From assembly GCA_965649765.1 (NCBI GenBank), contig OZ287748.1:12338001-12402000 (forward strand): a stretch of DNA of 64,000 nt. Reading direction: 5' to 3'. The notes beneath the pieces were generated by a model. The model worked only from the letters and a program-made list of their open reading frames with translations, was not told the origin of the DNA and ran no database searches. Below, piece after piece: positions 26,892 through 39,886 of this stretch. How positions within the stretch are numbered: position 1 is the first letter of the stretch; the number at the start of each line of letters is the position of its first letter. The DNA comes from Bispira polyomma (Eukaryota). The translations under genes were made by a program, and so were the position numbers.

Positions 26892-29800
26892 TTGCAAGTT
26901 GATGGAACAATTTGGTCTAATTTATCATATACTTATATAGGGCCTTAATTCCTGTACTTGATGTCATTCACATTGACCCCAGCATGTTTTTGCTCTTAAT
27001 CTGTGTAGTGTAAAAGAGAAAGGTGGATGTCACTCTCTGATCTGGATCAAGGGAATGTTTCTAACCTTATGTGTTGTTAGCTATCTACAACAACCCGGAG
27101 ATTCCCTCTTGGTGTATCAAGGAATATCAGGATAAAACTGTGTAGACTGGGTTGATAGAATGGCTTATCCTGTAGGACATGGAGTACTATGTAAAACTTT
27201 GTGGACTGGGTTGATGGAAGAGCTTATCCTGTAGGACATGGGGTACTATATATAAAACTATGTAGACTGGGTTGATGGAAGAGCTTATCCTGTAGGACAT
27301 GGAGTATTATATAAAACTGTGTAGACTGGGTTGATTGAAGAGTTTATTCTGTAGGACATGGAGTATTATATAAAACTGTGTGGACTGGGTTGATTGATGA
27401 GCTTATTCTGTAGGACATGGAGTATTATATAAAATTTGTGGACTGGGTTGATAGTGGGGCTTATCCTGTAGGACATGGGGTACTATATATAAACCTGTGT
27501 AGCCTGGGTTGATAGAAAAGTTTATCTTGTAGAACATGGAGTACTCTATATAAAACTGTGTAGATTGGGTTGATAGTAGGGCTTATCCTGTAGGACATGG
27601 AATACTATATAATACTGTATATACTGGGTTGATGGAAGAGCTCATCCTGTAGGACATGGAGTATTATATAAAACTGGGTGGACTGGGTTAAAGGAAGGGC
27701 TTGTTCTGTAATAAATGGAGTATTATATAAAACTGTGTATACTGGGTTGATGGAAGAGCTTATCCTGTAGGACGTTGGGTACTATATATAAAACTTTGTG
27801 AACTGGGTTGATGGAAGAGCTTATCCTGCAGGACATTGGGTACTATATACAAGTGCAAATATTCTGAATAAAGATGATTAGCTTTTGTTTTTGCGATAAC
27901 TTTTGTATATAATTGAAAATAAACATATCTACACCAGGTCCTCAACAGACCAGTTTCAATAACTCAGACATATTGAGACTTTATTTTAACTCAACACAGA
28001 CAACCTTCTATATTTGTTACTTAAAACACTACCTATTTACCTTATATATAGTAGATATGTCACTAGTACAGACAGGTATATGCCTCTCTCAGAGGTGGTG
28101 GGTAATTCAAACAGTGCATCATCTCTCCAATGTATAATGGTCCAATTGACCACCTCTGTGTACTAAAGGTGTAGAGTGTATACATACATACATCTGTGTC
28201 AACTCTGCATACAAAGATCCACTTTCTCTTTAGTCCTTTACTTAATGAAGTGTGATTTAAGAAATTGTCAAACACGACACAGATAAACATCTATTCAACT
28301 AAATTAACCCCCATTACCACCAACACCCATGTTGTTTATGCTGGATTTAGCTTTAAACACTGGTAAAAGCTAGGCTTTATTTTGTAAAATTTCTTCAACC
28401 ATAACTGAAATAAAAACAGGCTATCTTGTTAAAATACACTTCTGTTCACAACCACTATTTTAGAAAAATAATTTAAGACGAAAGCGCCTCAGGGCAATTA
28501 AAAGCCTCTATAACTTAAAGAAATTAATTTAAATTCTAAATTGTAATAAACCAATGTCATGTTTATCTCCTCAATATAATGGTTCAACAAGTTTGTCTTA
28601 GGTATGTGTCCTAATAAACAAGCGTGGCCCTCTATAGTCTAGGTTTGCAGAGGACAATAGGTGTCTTGATGCTCGCTACAGAAGGTATACATCATGACAA
28701 AGGACATTTTTGTTGTTCAACCTCCTTAATAATAAACTACCAACCATATAAACACAAACTATGGGGGAAAGAGGGCTCACAGTGACGTGGTCTCTGACAA
28801 TGGTCTGGGTCTTAGTATAAACCAATACTAGGTTGATTTAGTGTACCACATGACTGGTAAATTTAGTGTTCTCCATGACTGGTAAACTTAGTGTAAACCA
28901 AGACTGATTAATTCAGTGTAAACCATGACTGGTTAATTTAGTGTAAACCAGGACTGATTAATTTAGTATAAACCATGACTTATTAATTTAGTATAAACCA
29001 GGACTGATTAATTTAGTGGAAACCATGACTGGTAAAATTAGAGTACACCAAGACTGATTAATTTATTGTAAACCAGGACTGGTTAATTTAGTGTAAACCA
29101 TGACTGATTAACTTAGTGTAAACCAAGACTGATAAACCTTGTATTTGCTACTTAGTGTACATTATACATGTGAAACTAACTTGCCCATTAGGATTATTTT
29201 ACTGAGCTCATGATATAAGTAAAAATATAACATATAACACAATTTATTCTTATGACACAAGTTAGGTGTTGTAATAATAGTTAGACCAGAATGTTTCATT
29301 ACCACCCACAGGATTAGTCAGTATATCTGTAGTAGCAGTAGGTATTGACAAAAGCTGTAACTTGTTTGGTGCATGAATAAAAAAAAAGTGTCCACAATAT
29401 CTATTGAAAAAGACAGTCACATATATAATATATTGATATGTTGTAAAGACAAAGTCATAAAATAATACATGAATAATTGTATTGAAAATATGCACTGATA
29501 AACATTGTATTTGCAATCACAAACAATAACTGTTCAGATACCATTAGCGACAGGTTTGTCGAGACTTGTGTAAAAAATAGGACTATCTTATGTGGTTTAT
29601 TTTTTAACTTCGCTAGCTTTTGTGTATGCTTTTTAATATGTTCATTTATACATTTAAACAATATATTGTATATTGCACGAAATTTGGACCTCTTATTTAC
29701 TATATTTTGGGTTTTGAAACTTGAACTAACAAGTAGATACAATCAATAAGGTAGGTCTATAAACATACAACACTGTATCTAATTATGATAGTACCGCCTT

Positions 29801-30235
29801 ATAATATATATATCCAATTTTGGTAGTAAATGTACTACCTCACAAGTACATAACTAATTATGGCAGTGTACGCCTTACAGAATATATCAACTACCAAATT
29901 AAGGTTCAAGTTTCATGAAAAATAAATATATTTTGCTTTGATTACACAAAACACATGCAGAATAATAAACTTTATAATATTTATTAGAAATATAATAATA
30001 ATCGATCTAAATTGATCTTTAGTTAATAAAATGGGATTCCCATGGAAGAGAATGTAAAGAAGTAACAACAACAAATCTAGTTCAGAATTATACAACTACA
30101 ATCACTTTTAAGTGTATATGTTTTAAATCTTTCGAACATTTACATTTAGGTGAAACAGTTTATGAAAAATAATATATTTAAATAAACAATGACAAACAAT
30201 TCAGTGACTTAGTGTGGTGACTTCTGTACAGCTTG

Positions 30236-33200
30236 TTATAATTTGTTAAGATTATTCAGAGAAACATAGTTACTTCTGGGGATATTGCCATTCTCCTTGG
30301 GAAAGAATTCAGAGTCCAAGTCGTCATCGTTTTCAGGGTAGTCTGTCATGGATTGCTCATAGTTCCATTCCTGGTCGCTTTCCCCCACATAAATGAGAAT
30401 ATCCACTTTATTCCCCTCAGCAGGTTCTAAGACCATAGTATCCAGTTTCTCTTTGATTTCATTCAGGGCCACACTTTTGGTCCTCATAATAAGTGTCAAC
30501 CAGTCGATACCTCCACCCTTTTTATCTTTGTCTTTGCCACCTTTGTCTTTGCCACCTTTGTCTTTGCCACCTTTGTCTTTACCATGCTTATCTTTGCCAC
30601 TCTTATTCTCTTTGTCTTTACCATTCTTATCTTTGTCTTCTTTTTTCTTCTTTTTCTTGCTTTTCCCAATGCTCCCCTTCTCACTCTTTTCAATGTCTAT
30701 AGCACAGGACATTAAAGGGTCTTTGACCATGAGGAGGCCTGGGTATGCCTTGTCACTGATCTTCTCATTAGCATTGGCATCCTTGCCTTTCACTTGGTCA
30801 CCTTTCACCTGGCAGTCTATATTCTTCTCCATCTCACTGTTGTTTTTGTCACTTTCACTTTCACTTTCCTCCTCTTCCCTTTCCTCCTCCTCAGACTCGG
30901 GTTCCTCTTCTATATCAAACACAAACTCATACATAGGCCAAGGCTGGCAGAAGTTTTTGATAATTTCCTCTAACTTGGATTTGAAACTCAGCAGCTGTGT
31001 TTCTACATCCGCCTTCCCAGGTTTAAAGACATTTCTGAACATAAAAGGTGCAAACCCCCCTGCCATTGTGGCAAGCATTTGATTGGTGGAGGACATGTTG
31101 TAAGATTCTCCGAAGGATAGCACTACTATGAAGACAAATACTAGAAATAAGATGATGAGCAGAAACTTGCGGGTGGCGTCTATCAAACTCTTGTACACAG
31201 GTCCCGGCGCCCCGGCTGCGTTAATCTGACACACATCTTCAAATAACTTCTTGGGAATACGAGGAGTGTCCTCCTTGTCTATGAAGAGAATGAGGTCATT
31301 GATGTCCCAATGGAAAGGCGTCTTATAGGAGATGTCATCAATAGACTCATACTCTGCCTGGTCACTGGCTTCAGCAGCCTTAAAGCCTCTGTTCTCCTGT
31401 ATGTGGGAAGGTAACTGTGTGTACTGCTCAATGTCTTTACCCAGACGATACTTTATTTCTGAGAAGATAGCTTTATTGAGCTTTAAGTACTTCTTGTTGA
31501 CATTACTGTAGCAGTCATAGCTGTAGAGCACCACCAAGAACAGTAGAGTTCCATACTTTAGCACTGTGGAGGCATTGACTATGATACCCATCATAGTGAA
31601 AGACATGATCTCAGCCACAAAAGTCACTATTTCAGACATGACCAGCATGGCGGCATACAGTGTGAGGGTAGCCATCAGTGCGAGAAAGAAGCTGAAGAAC
31701 CACCTACGGACATTCGGAGAGCAATAAAAGAAGGTCTCTCTGGCAGCCTTTCTTGTTGTTCTTGAATTTAGTCTTTTCAATACATTGTCAGCCTGAAAAT
31801 GCTGAGGTGTGGGCTTGAACTTTTCGCGTCGGTTTTCGACTTGACCATTAAAGGTGTGTAGAAAGATCCTGCAGCTGATAAAGATGAGAGGAAGACAGTA
31901 AATAGAACAGGCCAGAATAGAAACAGGCAGCAGCAGCGGCCAGAAGATGACACCAATAAACAGTCCAAATATACCATATTTTTTAAAAGGCCACAAACAA
32001 TTGCTGATCAGCATTTCGAAGGCTTTTAACATAGACAGGCTCTTCAGGTCTGAAAACGCATCCATGATTGCTTGCTGGAATCGTGTCTTCTTGTCAGTAC
32101 CACTAAAATATGCTATTGTAAATCCTGACATAAAGTAGATGACATAAATAGTGAGGTATATTGGGTGTGTTGGTGTAAGGAACTGCATCAGTCGATAGTT
32201 GTAATACATGACTAGGCCTACTCTATCTGCAGCTTCGTGTCTATCCACAATCTCAGGATTCTCAAATATATAGTAAACTATTAGCCTGATATAGAAGGGA
32301 GTAGGCAAAAATAATACTAATAGGATTCTGCCAAAAAGATTACAAACATCTATCCATTGTTTTTCCTTTGTTTGCCCAGTCTTGATGCAACCCGCAATAT
32401 TTGCATCACAGCAATCACTGAATGCATCTAGTTCCCGCATTTTACACATGAAAATGGCCCTTGATAGACTATCGATCATGCCTACGGGAACAGAATTTTC
32501 CAGCAATAGCTTTCTGTAGTTTACCGTTATGTCAAACTGTGATATTTTAATGGGGATAATCAGTTCCCCGGGTAATTCTGCCACAATGCGCCTGCACTTT
32601 TCAAAATCTCTTCGGTTACGTAGGTCCACCACATGATCAGCATCGATATCCTGAGCCATGTCTCTCCTACAGACAGCTAGCTTTTTGTAGAGAGGTTCTT
32701 TGAGTTTGATATAGTAATCCATGCTGTCCATAGCCGCGGTGTATATCCAGTCTGGCATTAACATTGGTCCAAAGATAAACACACAGATTGTTAGGGTACC
32801 AAGTAAGATGTCTAAGATACTTAGCCACTTATTAGGGAGATCAGCCATACATTCCACTGACTTACTATCAGTTGGTTCATAACAACACCTGTCTGTGAAC
32901 TTGGCCATACCACTGACCTGTTCTATGTACTGGTGACAGACACTGGACTGTCCCTGGTACACCACTACTTCACCGGTTTCATCCAGGTCCCTCAGTACTA
33001 TATCCATCACTGCTAGAATTTTTTCATCCTCTCTAAGTTGACCTAAGCAACCATATGGGAGGTCTTCCAGTTCCACATCCAGTTTGACTATGCCGAATGA
33101 AAGTGTCATGAGGGAGAGGACTCCGTAGTTGAAGGCCAGATTGAGGATGGTCTGTCCGTGACTGGAGGCCACGCGTGCCCAGTTCTGGGGTTTATAGTTC

Positions 33201-33502
33201 CAGGTATTGTTCACTTCTAGTGGGTTTACATCGTAACCTTTGACGGTCATCTTGTACTCTATCAACTTTGAGAACTCGAGGGAGTTGAGGACGACTTGGT
33301 GGATGCCTTTATCCGTAGGACGTAAAAGACACTGGGTGGTGAGGTTGTTACCACTGTACGACCAGCTAAGTTTGTGCAGCAGGGATGAGTTCAGACGACT
33401 GACATCCAGATAGGAAGGAAAACCTACAGGTAATGTATCCACCTGATGGCATAGGACTGCAAGGTAGACCAGTGGGATGGTCCAGACTAAAAGCTTCTCC
33501 AT
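30236..33502 (-). CDS. Uncharacterised multi-pass membrane protein, single coding exon (~1,088 aa)
   Basis: Uninterrupted ORF from ATG at 33502; MEKLLVWTIPLVYLAVLC is signal-peptide-like; Cys-containing N-terminal region; about 9-11 hydrophobic segments; acidic then Lys-rich (KDKGG)n C-terminal tail. Confidence 0.9.
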   Translation of the reverse strand: MEKLLVWTIPLVYLAVLCHQVDTLPVGFPSYLDVSRLNSSLLHKLSWSYSGNNLTTQCLLRPTDKGIHQVVLNSLEFSKLIEYKMTVKGYDVNPLEVNNTWNYKPQNWARVASSHGQTILNLAFNYGVLSLMTLSFGIVKLDVELEDLPYGCLGQLREDEKILAVMDIVLRDLDETGEVVVYQGQSSVCHQYIEQVSGMAKFTDRCCYEPTDSKSVECMADLPNKWLSILDILLGTLTICVFIFGPMLMPDWIYTAAMDSMDYYIKLKEPLYKKLAVCRRDMAQDIDADHVVDLRNRRDFEKCRRIVAELPGELIIPIKISQFDITVNYRKLLLENSVPVGMIDSLSRAIFMCKMRELDAFSDCCDANIAGCIKTGQTKEKQWIDVCNLFGRILLVLFLPTPFYIRLIVYYIFENPEIVDRHEAADRVGLVMYYNYRLMQFLTPTHPIYLTIYVIYFMSGFTIAYFSGTDKKTRFQQAIMDAFSDLKSLSMLKAFEMLISNCLWPFKKYGIFGLFIGVIFWPLLLPVSILACSIYCLPLIFISCRIFLHTFNGQVENRREKFKPTPQHFQADNVLKRLNSRTTRKAARETFFYCSPNVRRWFFSFFLALMATLTLYAAMLVMSEIVTFVAEIMSFTMMGIIVNASTVLKYGTLLFLVVLYSYDCYSNVNKKYLKLNKAIFSEIKYRLGKDIEQYTQLPSHIQENRGFKAAEASDQAEYESIDDISYKTPFHWDINDLILFIDKEDTPRIPKKLFEDVCQINAAGAPGPVYKSLIDATRKFLLIILFLVFVFIVVLSFGESYNMSSTNQMLATMAGGFAPFMFRNVFKPGKADVETQLLSFKSKLEEIIKNFCQPWPMYEFVFDIEEEPESEEEEREEEESESESDKNNSEMEKNIDCQVKGDQVKGKDANANEKISDKAYPGLLMVKDPLMSCAIDIEKSEKGSIGKSKKKKKKEDKDKNGKDKENKSGKDKHGKDKGGKDKGGKDKGGKDKDKKGGGIDWLTLIMRTKSVALNEIKEKLDTMVLEPAEGNKVDILIYVGESDQEWNYEQSMTDYPENDDDLDSEFFPKENGNIPRSNYVSLNNLNKL

Positions 33503-36500
33503 TTTTATGGTAGTTGTCACTGACTTATTACATATGGATAATTATAGAACTAATACTATCTTCTCGCTATAAACCAGTAAATGTTCACCTGTTAAAACTG
33601 TTTAATTATATTATAACACAGTTTCTTTTACACGAGTTTGATGGTGTTGTTACTGTTGTCAAATATACTATGTTAGTACCAACCTATAGTTACTGGCTTG
33701 TAAACACCATTGACAGTATAATTAATATACAAGTGTTTATCTTTCTCTTCAGTTTCTCGCTCTCACAGTGAACACTAGTTTACAATAATCTCTGGTTCAA
33801 CACTCTTTGGTCTGTCTTCCCAAAAATATGAAGTACACTTGACTTTCGGATTCAAATCAGAAATTCCAAATCAAAGAAAGCCTTACTTATTAGTTTTGAC
33901 CGTGGGTTTTTACATACCCTTGAAATCTCTCTACCCCAATATATAATAAGGTACTGTGTTTTTATGACTGCGCCACTACTCAATGGCTTCTCCTCCATAG
34001 ACGTCCTTTCAGTGTGGGGTGGGGTGCAATTGGCTAAGTAAAAACTCCATTTATGAGATTTCTTTTCACAAGTATTCACCAGTTTTGTTTAGTCTTCAGG
34101 CGTTTCTTTATTCTATTCATGTATTATTTATCAATCCATAAATCAAATAAATCATGTTTTAATATCCTATTTTAAAAATTGCAGATTTGCATAAAAGATT
34201 CTTATTCTATAAATAAACAGTTTCTGTATTTCTGCTTTATTTTCTTTTAACAGTTGAAGTTAGCAATACACCTTTGCTCTGATATACATGTAGGTTATTA
34301 TATAAGTATTCGATTTTACACTGTTATATACAACCAATCACTGAGATACCTACACAATTATCACTCTTGACATCCCACACTCGAGGTCTCTATCATTCTA
34401 TTTATCTCTACTGATTCATCTCCACTCATTTTTGGCCCATGTATACAACTAGCCAACTAGATAATTTTATATGTACATACAAATGTTTATTATCTCTGGT
34501 CCTGCTTGATCAAAGTCATATCAAATGACATTAAGTGATCATCGTTTATTTGCTGTGTTCTATATTAATGGTAACCGGTAACTGGTTTATATTCAAGTGG
34601 TTAATAACCTTTTCAGCAAAATAACATCTGTGATGTTTGGGCTGACCCCTTTCAAGATACAGAGCTATAGATTCTGAAGTCTATACCTTATTCCACATGA
34701 AGAGACGTTATATTAATACTAGATTGTCACAAGCCCAAGGTATATCCCTATTTTATACACGTGTTTGAGCTCGGCTAAGATCGTCACATCTTATATAGGA
34801 GAACACATACCATGTACCAATATTGCCAAACTATTTTGGGTGTCAGAAGAGGGTTGTTCGTGAATCATCGTGGAATGCATATTCATGAGGTAGTTTCCGT
34901 TTTATTTTTTTAATGGCCTTACATATCCTAGTGGCGGCCTGTTCTAGAAGATGACAAGCGTCTACAACAACGTGGTCACCCAAGTTTTATAGCTATGTCT
35001 GCGTGGTGGCTCTGTCGCTTTTATTATATATAAATATCAGCTTTTATTTACACTCTATCAACATGTAGCCAACACACCGGGCTGGTATGGACTTGTATGC
35101 CATATTTCTGTGTTGGTGGACTTCATTAATCTCTGTCGCTATGGTTTATTGGCAAGAGAAGTTTTAGTAGCAAGCATCTAAACATGGTTACAACTGTGTA
35201 AGTTGTGGAGAGGGGGGGGGGGGGTGTATCTCTGATGTGTTATTTATGGTGCCTTTGTATAAACATATGGAGCTCTCACCTGTACACTCCTATACAAAAA
35301 GGTCCACCTTTCACAACTGACAGGCCTAATCCATTCATACTCTCAAGGTCTGATTAGCATAAACATCATTGAGAAGCTGTATTTCTTATTAATCACTCCA
35401 TATAGAGACAGACCATTGATCTCACACTCTGATCTCCTAAGTTCCCGGGTGACTGGGTCCTGGTTTCCCTGAAAGAAATCTTTTAATTATGAAAGAGATG
35501 TACCGTCATTACTCTGGCACAGAATCAGGGACAACCTAAACGATTCTGTACATATTTCTCTGTGGCACCTGATGCAACTACCAACAAGGAAGCATTCTCA
35601 ATAAGTGGACGTCATTAAAAATGAATTTATGGCTGATGAGTTTGGATTATAGCAAAAATTAATTCCCAGTGAAAATTTTGTTAAATTTGTATTGATCTCG
35701 TTACTAAAAAATTAGCCAATAGTGAAAACTATTCCAATGAATTACTTAAAAATATTGTAAATTGATGAAAAATTTTTCTGTCCCAGCTAAAATTTTATCA
35801 ACTGATAAAGTATTTCTTTTAACTGAGTTAACACTATGGTTAAGGTACAAACATGAAACATCTCTCTATAAAATTAAAACTATAAAACAGTGTGTATCTT
35901 GAAGACCCCACTTAGTGAGGCCTGATAAATAAGGGTTGTAAGACCTTCAAATGGTATGTACAAATGTACAAGTACACCAATTAGTCTGTATATAAACCCA
36001 TGCACTAGTGTGGTGTGTGAGATTAGCCCAGTCAGTCACCATCACTTAAGACTTTTCTCCTCAATCTATTAATACATGGGGTTAACTCACGTCTTTCTCA
36101 TTGGTATAAGATTTAGGAAAAGACACACTGCACATTAAAGACACGGTTGGAAAGGCAGGACATTCTTAAATCAACAGAACAAGATAAACTCCTTAGTTTG
36201 ATGACAAAACAAAAACTCATTTTAATGTGTATGTGTGAAGGGGGGGGGGGGGGGGCATTGAAGCACGGCTTGAGCTCAGTTATTAAATGTTAAAAGGGGG
36301 TTTAGTATGTCCAGTATAAGTATATAAGGACGAGTGGGCCTCACACGGTTATATTTACACTTCTAAATGAGCTTACACACCAAAAATGGCCACTTCAATG
36401 ATGAACAAATCTTTTATAATGGATGAATGGACCGGGGTTTGTCCTTTTATTTACTTGAGTTTTTATGATTGGCCCTCTATTATAATCTATATATAAAAAT

Positions 36501-36678
36501 AGGATTGTATAGACAAAAGTTAAAAAAACTCACACAACAACCTAAAGAGGTGTTGGCCTCATTTAAAATATTTTGTTTTGTTTTTTTCTCTCTTTTGTCA
36601 ACATCTTTAAGAAATGTCACAGAGATAGACTATACAAATATAAAGTACAAATGGTTACACACTCGTTTTCTATATATA

Positions 36679-36722
36679 TCTCTCACCTTTGGGTGGCGTG
36701 AGTTCGACTCCCGTCAATGCCA
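36679..36722 (+). mobile_element. SINE family A fragment (B-box region) between (TA)n tracts
   Basis: tctcacctttgggtggcgtgagttcgactcccgtcaatgcc matches the family A head. Confidence 0.65.
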
Positions 36723-37239
36723 AGATATATATATATATATATAGGCATGATTGTAAATGTGTTCTATTTTAAATCAGATGTACTATTGATAGCTTTATCA
36801 GGTTACTGCAGATAGTTTATGTAAGAGTGAGAAGACTATACTGATCAATGGGGACTTCAATGCCAGCATATCTGGAGAAGAAAATATTTGTTCATTAAAT
36901 TTATCTTTAACCCTGTATTCTTTTAAATTTTAAACAGAAACAGATATCATAACTGTCTGGACTCTTGCGGTAGATGAAAAAACTACCATGAATGCCATCA
37001 TATCATTTTTATTTTATATTTGAAGCAATTATTTTTTTTGAAATTTTAGTTTGTTAAAAGTTTTAAGTATTGTGCCTCTTACTTATATTTTAAAATATAT
37101 TGTTTAAATTTTTTTAATTTGTGTATCGGGTAAAAAGCAACAAAATTTATAAACAAGAATAGATTAAAACAAAATATTTATAATCATTTTACTGAAACCC
37201 CTAATATAAAATGGCAGTGTTTGTTGGGTGTAACATGCA

Positions 37240-37560
37240 TATCCTTTGTCTAATGATTGGGAGTTGGTCTGATGATCAGAAGGTTCTGGGTTCTATTCCC
37301 AGTACCGGCCAATAGTTTCATTGGTGAGATAACGTCCTTCGGCAAGATGTGTACACACATTTGCCTAGTGGCTTGGATAACCACTTAAAATGGCGGTCCT
37401 CTGTCACTGGGTCCTTTCCCTAGTGACGGGCTAAAGATCCTTGGGGACGTTGATACATGGTGTCATCCTCAAACCTCTCTCTTCAGTTAGGGGAATGACA
37501 GTAACTGAGGCAGTTGACTGTTGCAGTCAGGAAAGGGTTAATTAGCAATCTTAGATGAAG
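37240..37560 (+). mobile_element. Old tRNA-derived SINE of a second family, with a CORE-like central motif
   Basis: A-box-like gtctaatgattgg, B-box-like gggttctattccc, then gtccttcggcaagatgt resembling the CORE-type gtgtccttgggcaag motif; ends approximate. Confidence 0.5.
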
Positions 37561-39886
37561 GTAGATATATGAGTATAAATCTGATTACAGCTACAATGCC
37601 TATGTATAAATACATATTATGAAAAATCACATACTACTACAGGGTTTTGTTAAAGTTATATACAAGTAATGTAGCACTTATAGCACGCAGACAGACCCTA
37701 GTTTACATATACACACACAAACACACATTCCATAACTCAGTTTATTCTTCATCTTTCAACTTGTGTCTATAAAAATGCATCCCCCGTCATCTGTAGACCT
37801 GTCTTTTTAGTACACCAAAGTATTGTGAAACATACTCCAAAAGAACTTTTTATTGATTTCCACCCACCATGACACGCGCGTGTATTATTGTCCCACTGAT
37901 TATTTTAATGAGGGATTTCCGGTGATGAGGGAGAGGGTTTACGACAACCAATTCATTCACAAACACGTGTATAAAAAGAGCCGACGCCCTAAAGTAAAAT
38001 ATTGCCTAATTTAGAGAGATGTGTTTTTTTTCTGTAAAAACGTCATTTCAGACAATTTAATTTATATTTGGCATAGTCACGCAATGCAGCCATCATATTT
38101 CCATATTAAATTAAAAAAAAAAAAAATGCCAACATTTATGTGAAGATTACATCAAATTGATTTGCTAAACTATACATGACATGAAATCCAAACACTAATA
38201 TTAATATTCCATGACACCAGGTGGGTACTAAAGTGAATATTACTTGAAATTGTCCACTTCAACTTTTTTTTTTTAATTTGGAATTACAAATTGAAGTTTT
38301 GAAGAACACTTCAAATTAGAGCTACACAGGATTAATGACAAGAGGAAAACAAATAACCAATAACAGACACAAAAGTGTTAATAATTGTTACAGTCTATCT
38401 CACAAATGCTTCAAACCACCTTACAGTAGTGCAACGGTGTCAGACATTCCTATGTTGTAGTCCAAAATTATACCATATCTTTGGACGACTCAGAATCAGC
38501 AACACCATGTTAAATGCGTACAGTATGAGCAGCATAAGGTCTGAGTTACCCACGCTGACTCATTGTGTTATAAGCAACCCTGTATGAGGGCATTATGGTG
38601 TCACCCTTAAATGGGGAAGGCAAACCCCTTTGCTCATTAGCACATAATTTCGATTTCTTATCTCGATTTATTGACTCAGTACGTAAACTTTTTGACTTAT
38701 TATCTTGATCTATTAACTCAATAAGTCTACAATTAAAACATCTCTTTGATGTGGTCCTAATAGTCTTCTGTATCAAATACTATTATTTACTTCTTGTTAT
38801 CAATTAAAATCTATATTTGATGTGATCCTAATAGTCTTCTGTACCTAATAGTTACTACTCTGTACTTCTTGTTGCAAGACAAGTTGACATTTGTTTTAAA
38901 ACATGGCAATGTCACCCTTCTGCATGACTAATATTATTCAGTTCCCCAGGGTCCATAGTCAAGATATTAAATTTAATAAGGTGGAGTAACACAAAAAAAT
39001 ATTGCGGTAACGATTTATTAGTAACTAAATTTGGCATGAGTGTTTACAATCAGGTTCAGTCGGGGTGAGATAGGGAGCCTCCAGGTTACAGTAAAACTAC
39101 ATGTGTGTGTTTTAGTATAGCTTTGCTGATATGTAGGCATGGCCTGTTCTTATATAATGTGTTACTGGATAATGGGTAATGTGGCCTGGTTCACTAGTGT
39201 ATACACATTTGTAGGTATACACACCATATGATAGTGGTGTGATCTTTAGTAGCTCTCATTTCAGTGCACTGTATATAAATCATTAGCTGGCTATGTGTTG
39301 GCACATGTTTGGCACATAACTGTCTGAAGTATTTGTATTAATTCTGTCAAATGCTCAGGTTGTCTGGGCAAGTTTTGGTTAAAATGTGTAGGAAGTTTAG
39401 CACACATAGTTCAGAGTAAAGTTCAACTTTCTAACCCAAGGTTCTGGGGGGCCAGACAGTGGTCTCTATATAAACCCAGATATTTGTGAAACCAAATGAG
39501 TTTAAAATAAGTACCAGTGCTGATGTAAAAATAATTAAGAGTGAGGGCTGACATTACCTCCCACTGGTACTTCCTTTAGACACTGCTGTACTGGCTGTTA
39601 GATTGTTGGTCGGACAAACTTGTGATCTTGTACGGACAAACTTAACCACTGAGTTAATGGTGACCATGGTATCCTTGTGCATGAGGATTGGTATCAATAG
39701 ATACTAGTGTGAGATAGTAACTAGTGGTTGGCTCATAGTCTCCAGGTGTGTAGGGGAGATTGATGACTATTTACTTGGTAATTAGTGCTCGGTCCCAGTG
39801 CCACTGTATGGTGAACTTATTTAACAGTCAGGACGTGTCTTTAGCAGAACGAAGTGCATCGTCACTATTTTTTTAAAAAATATATT

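Larger units (their letters stand above)
16445..30112. repeat. Tandem triplication of a 4,555-bp unit (16445-20999, 21000-25554, 25555-30109)
   Basis: Identical ORF sets recur at exact 4,555-bp offsets; AAG microhomology at the junctions; only a handful of substitutions seen between copies. Confidence 0.98.

Noticed and set aside
18650-30095. Short ORFs repeated three times in the triplication
   Set aside because: AT-rich, no domains, mostly non-ATG starts; recurrence is explained by the DNA duplication
30393-31082. 229-aa + strand Ser/Leu-rich ORF and neighbouring short ORFs
   Set aside because: Antisense shadows of the low-complexity tail of the real minus-strand gene
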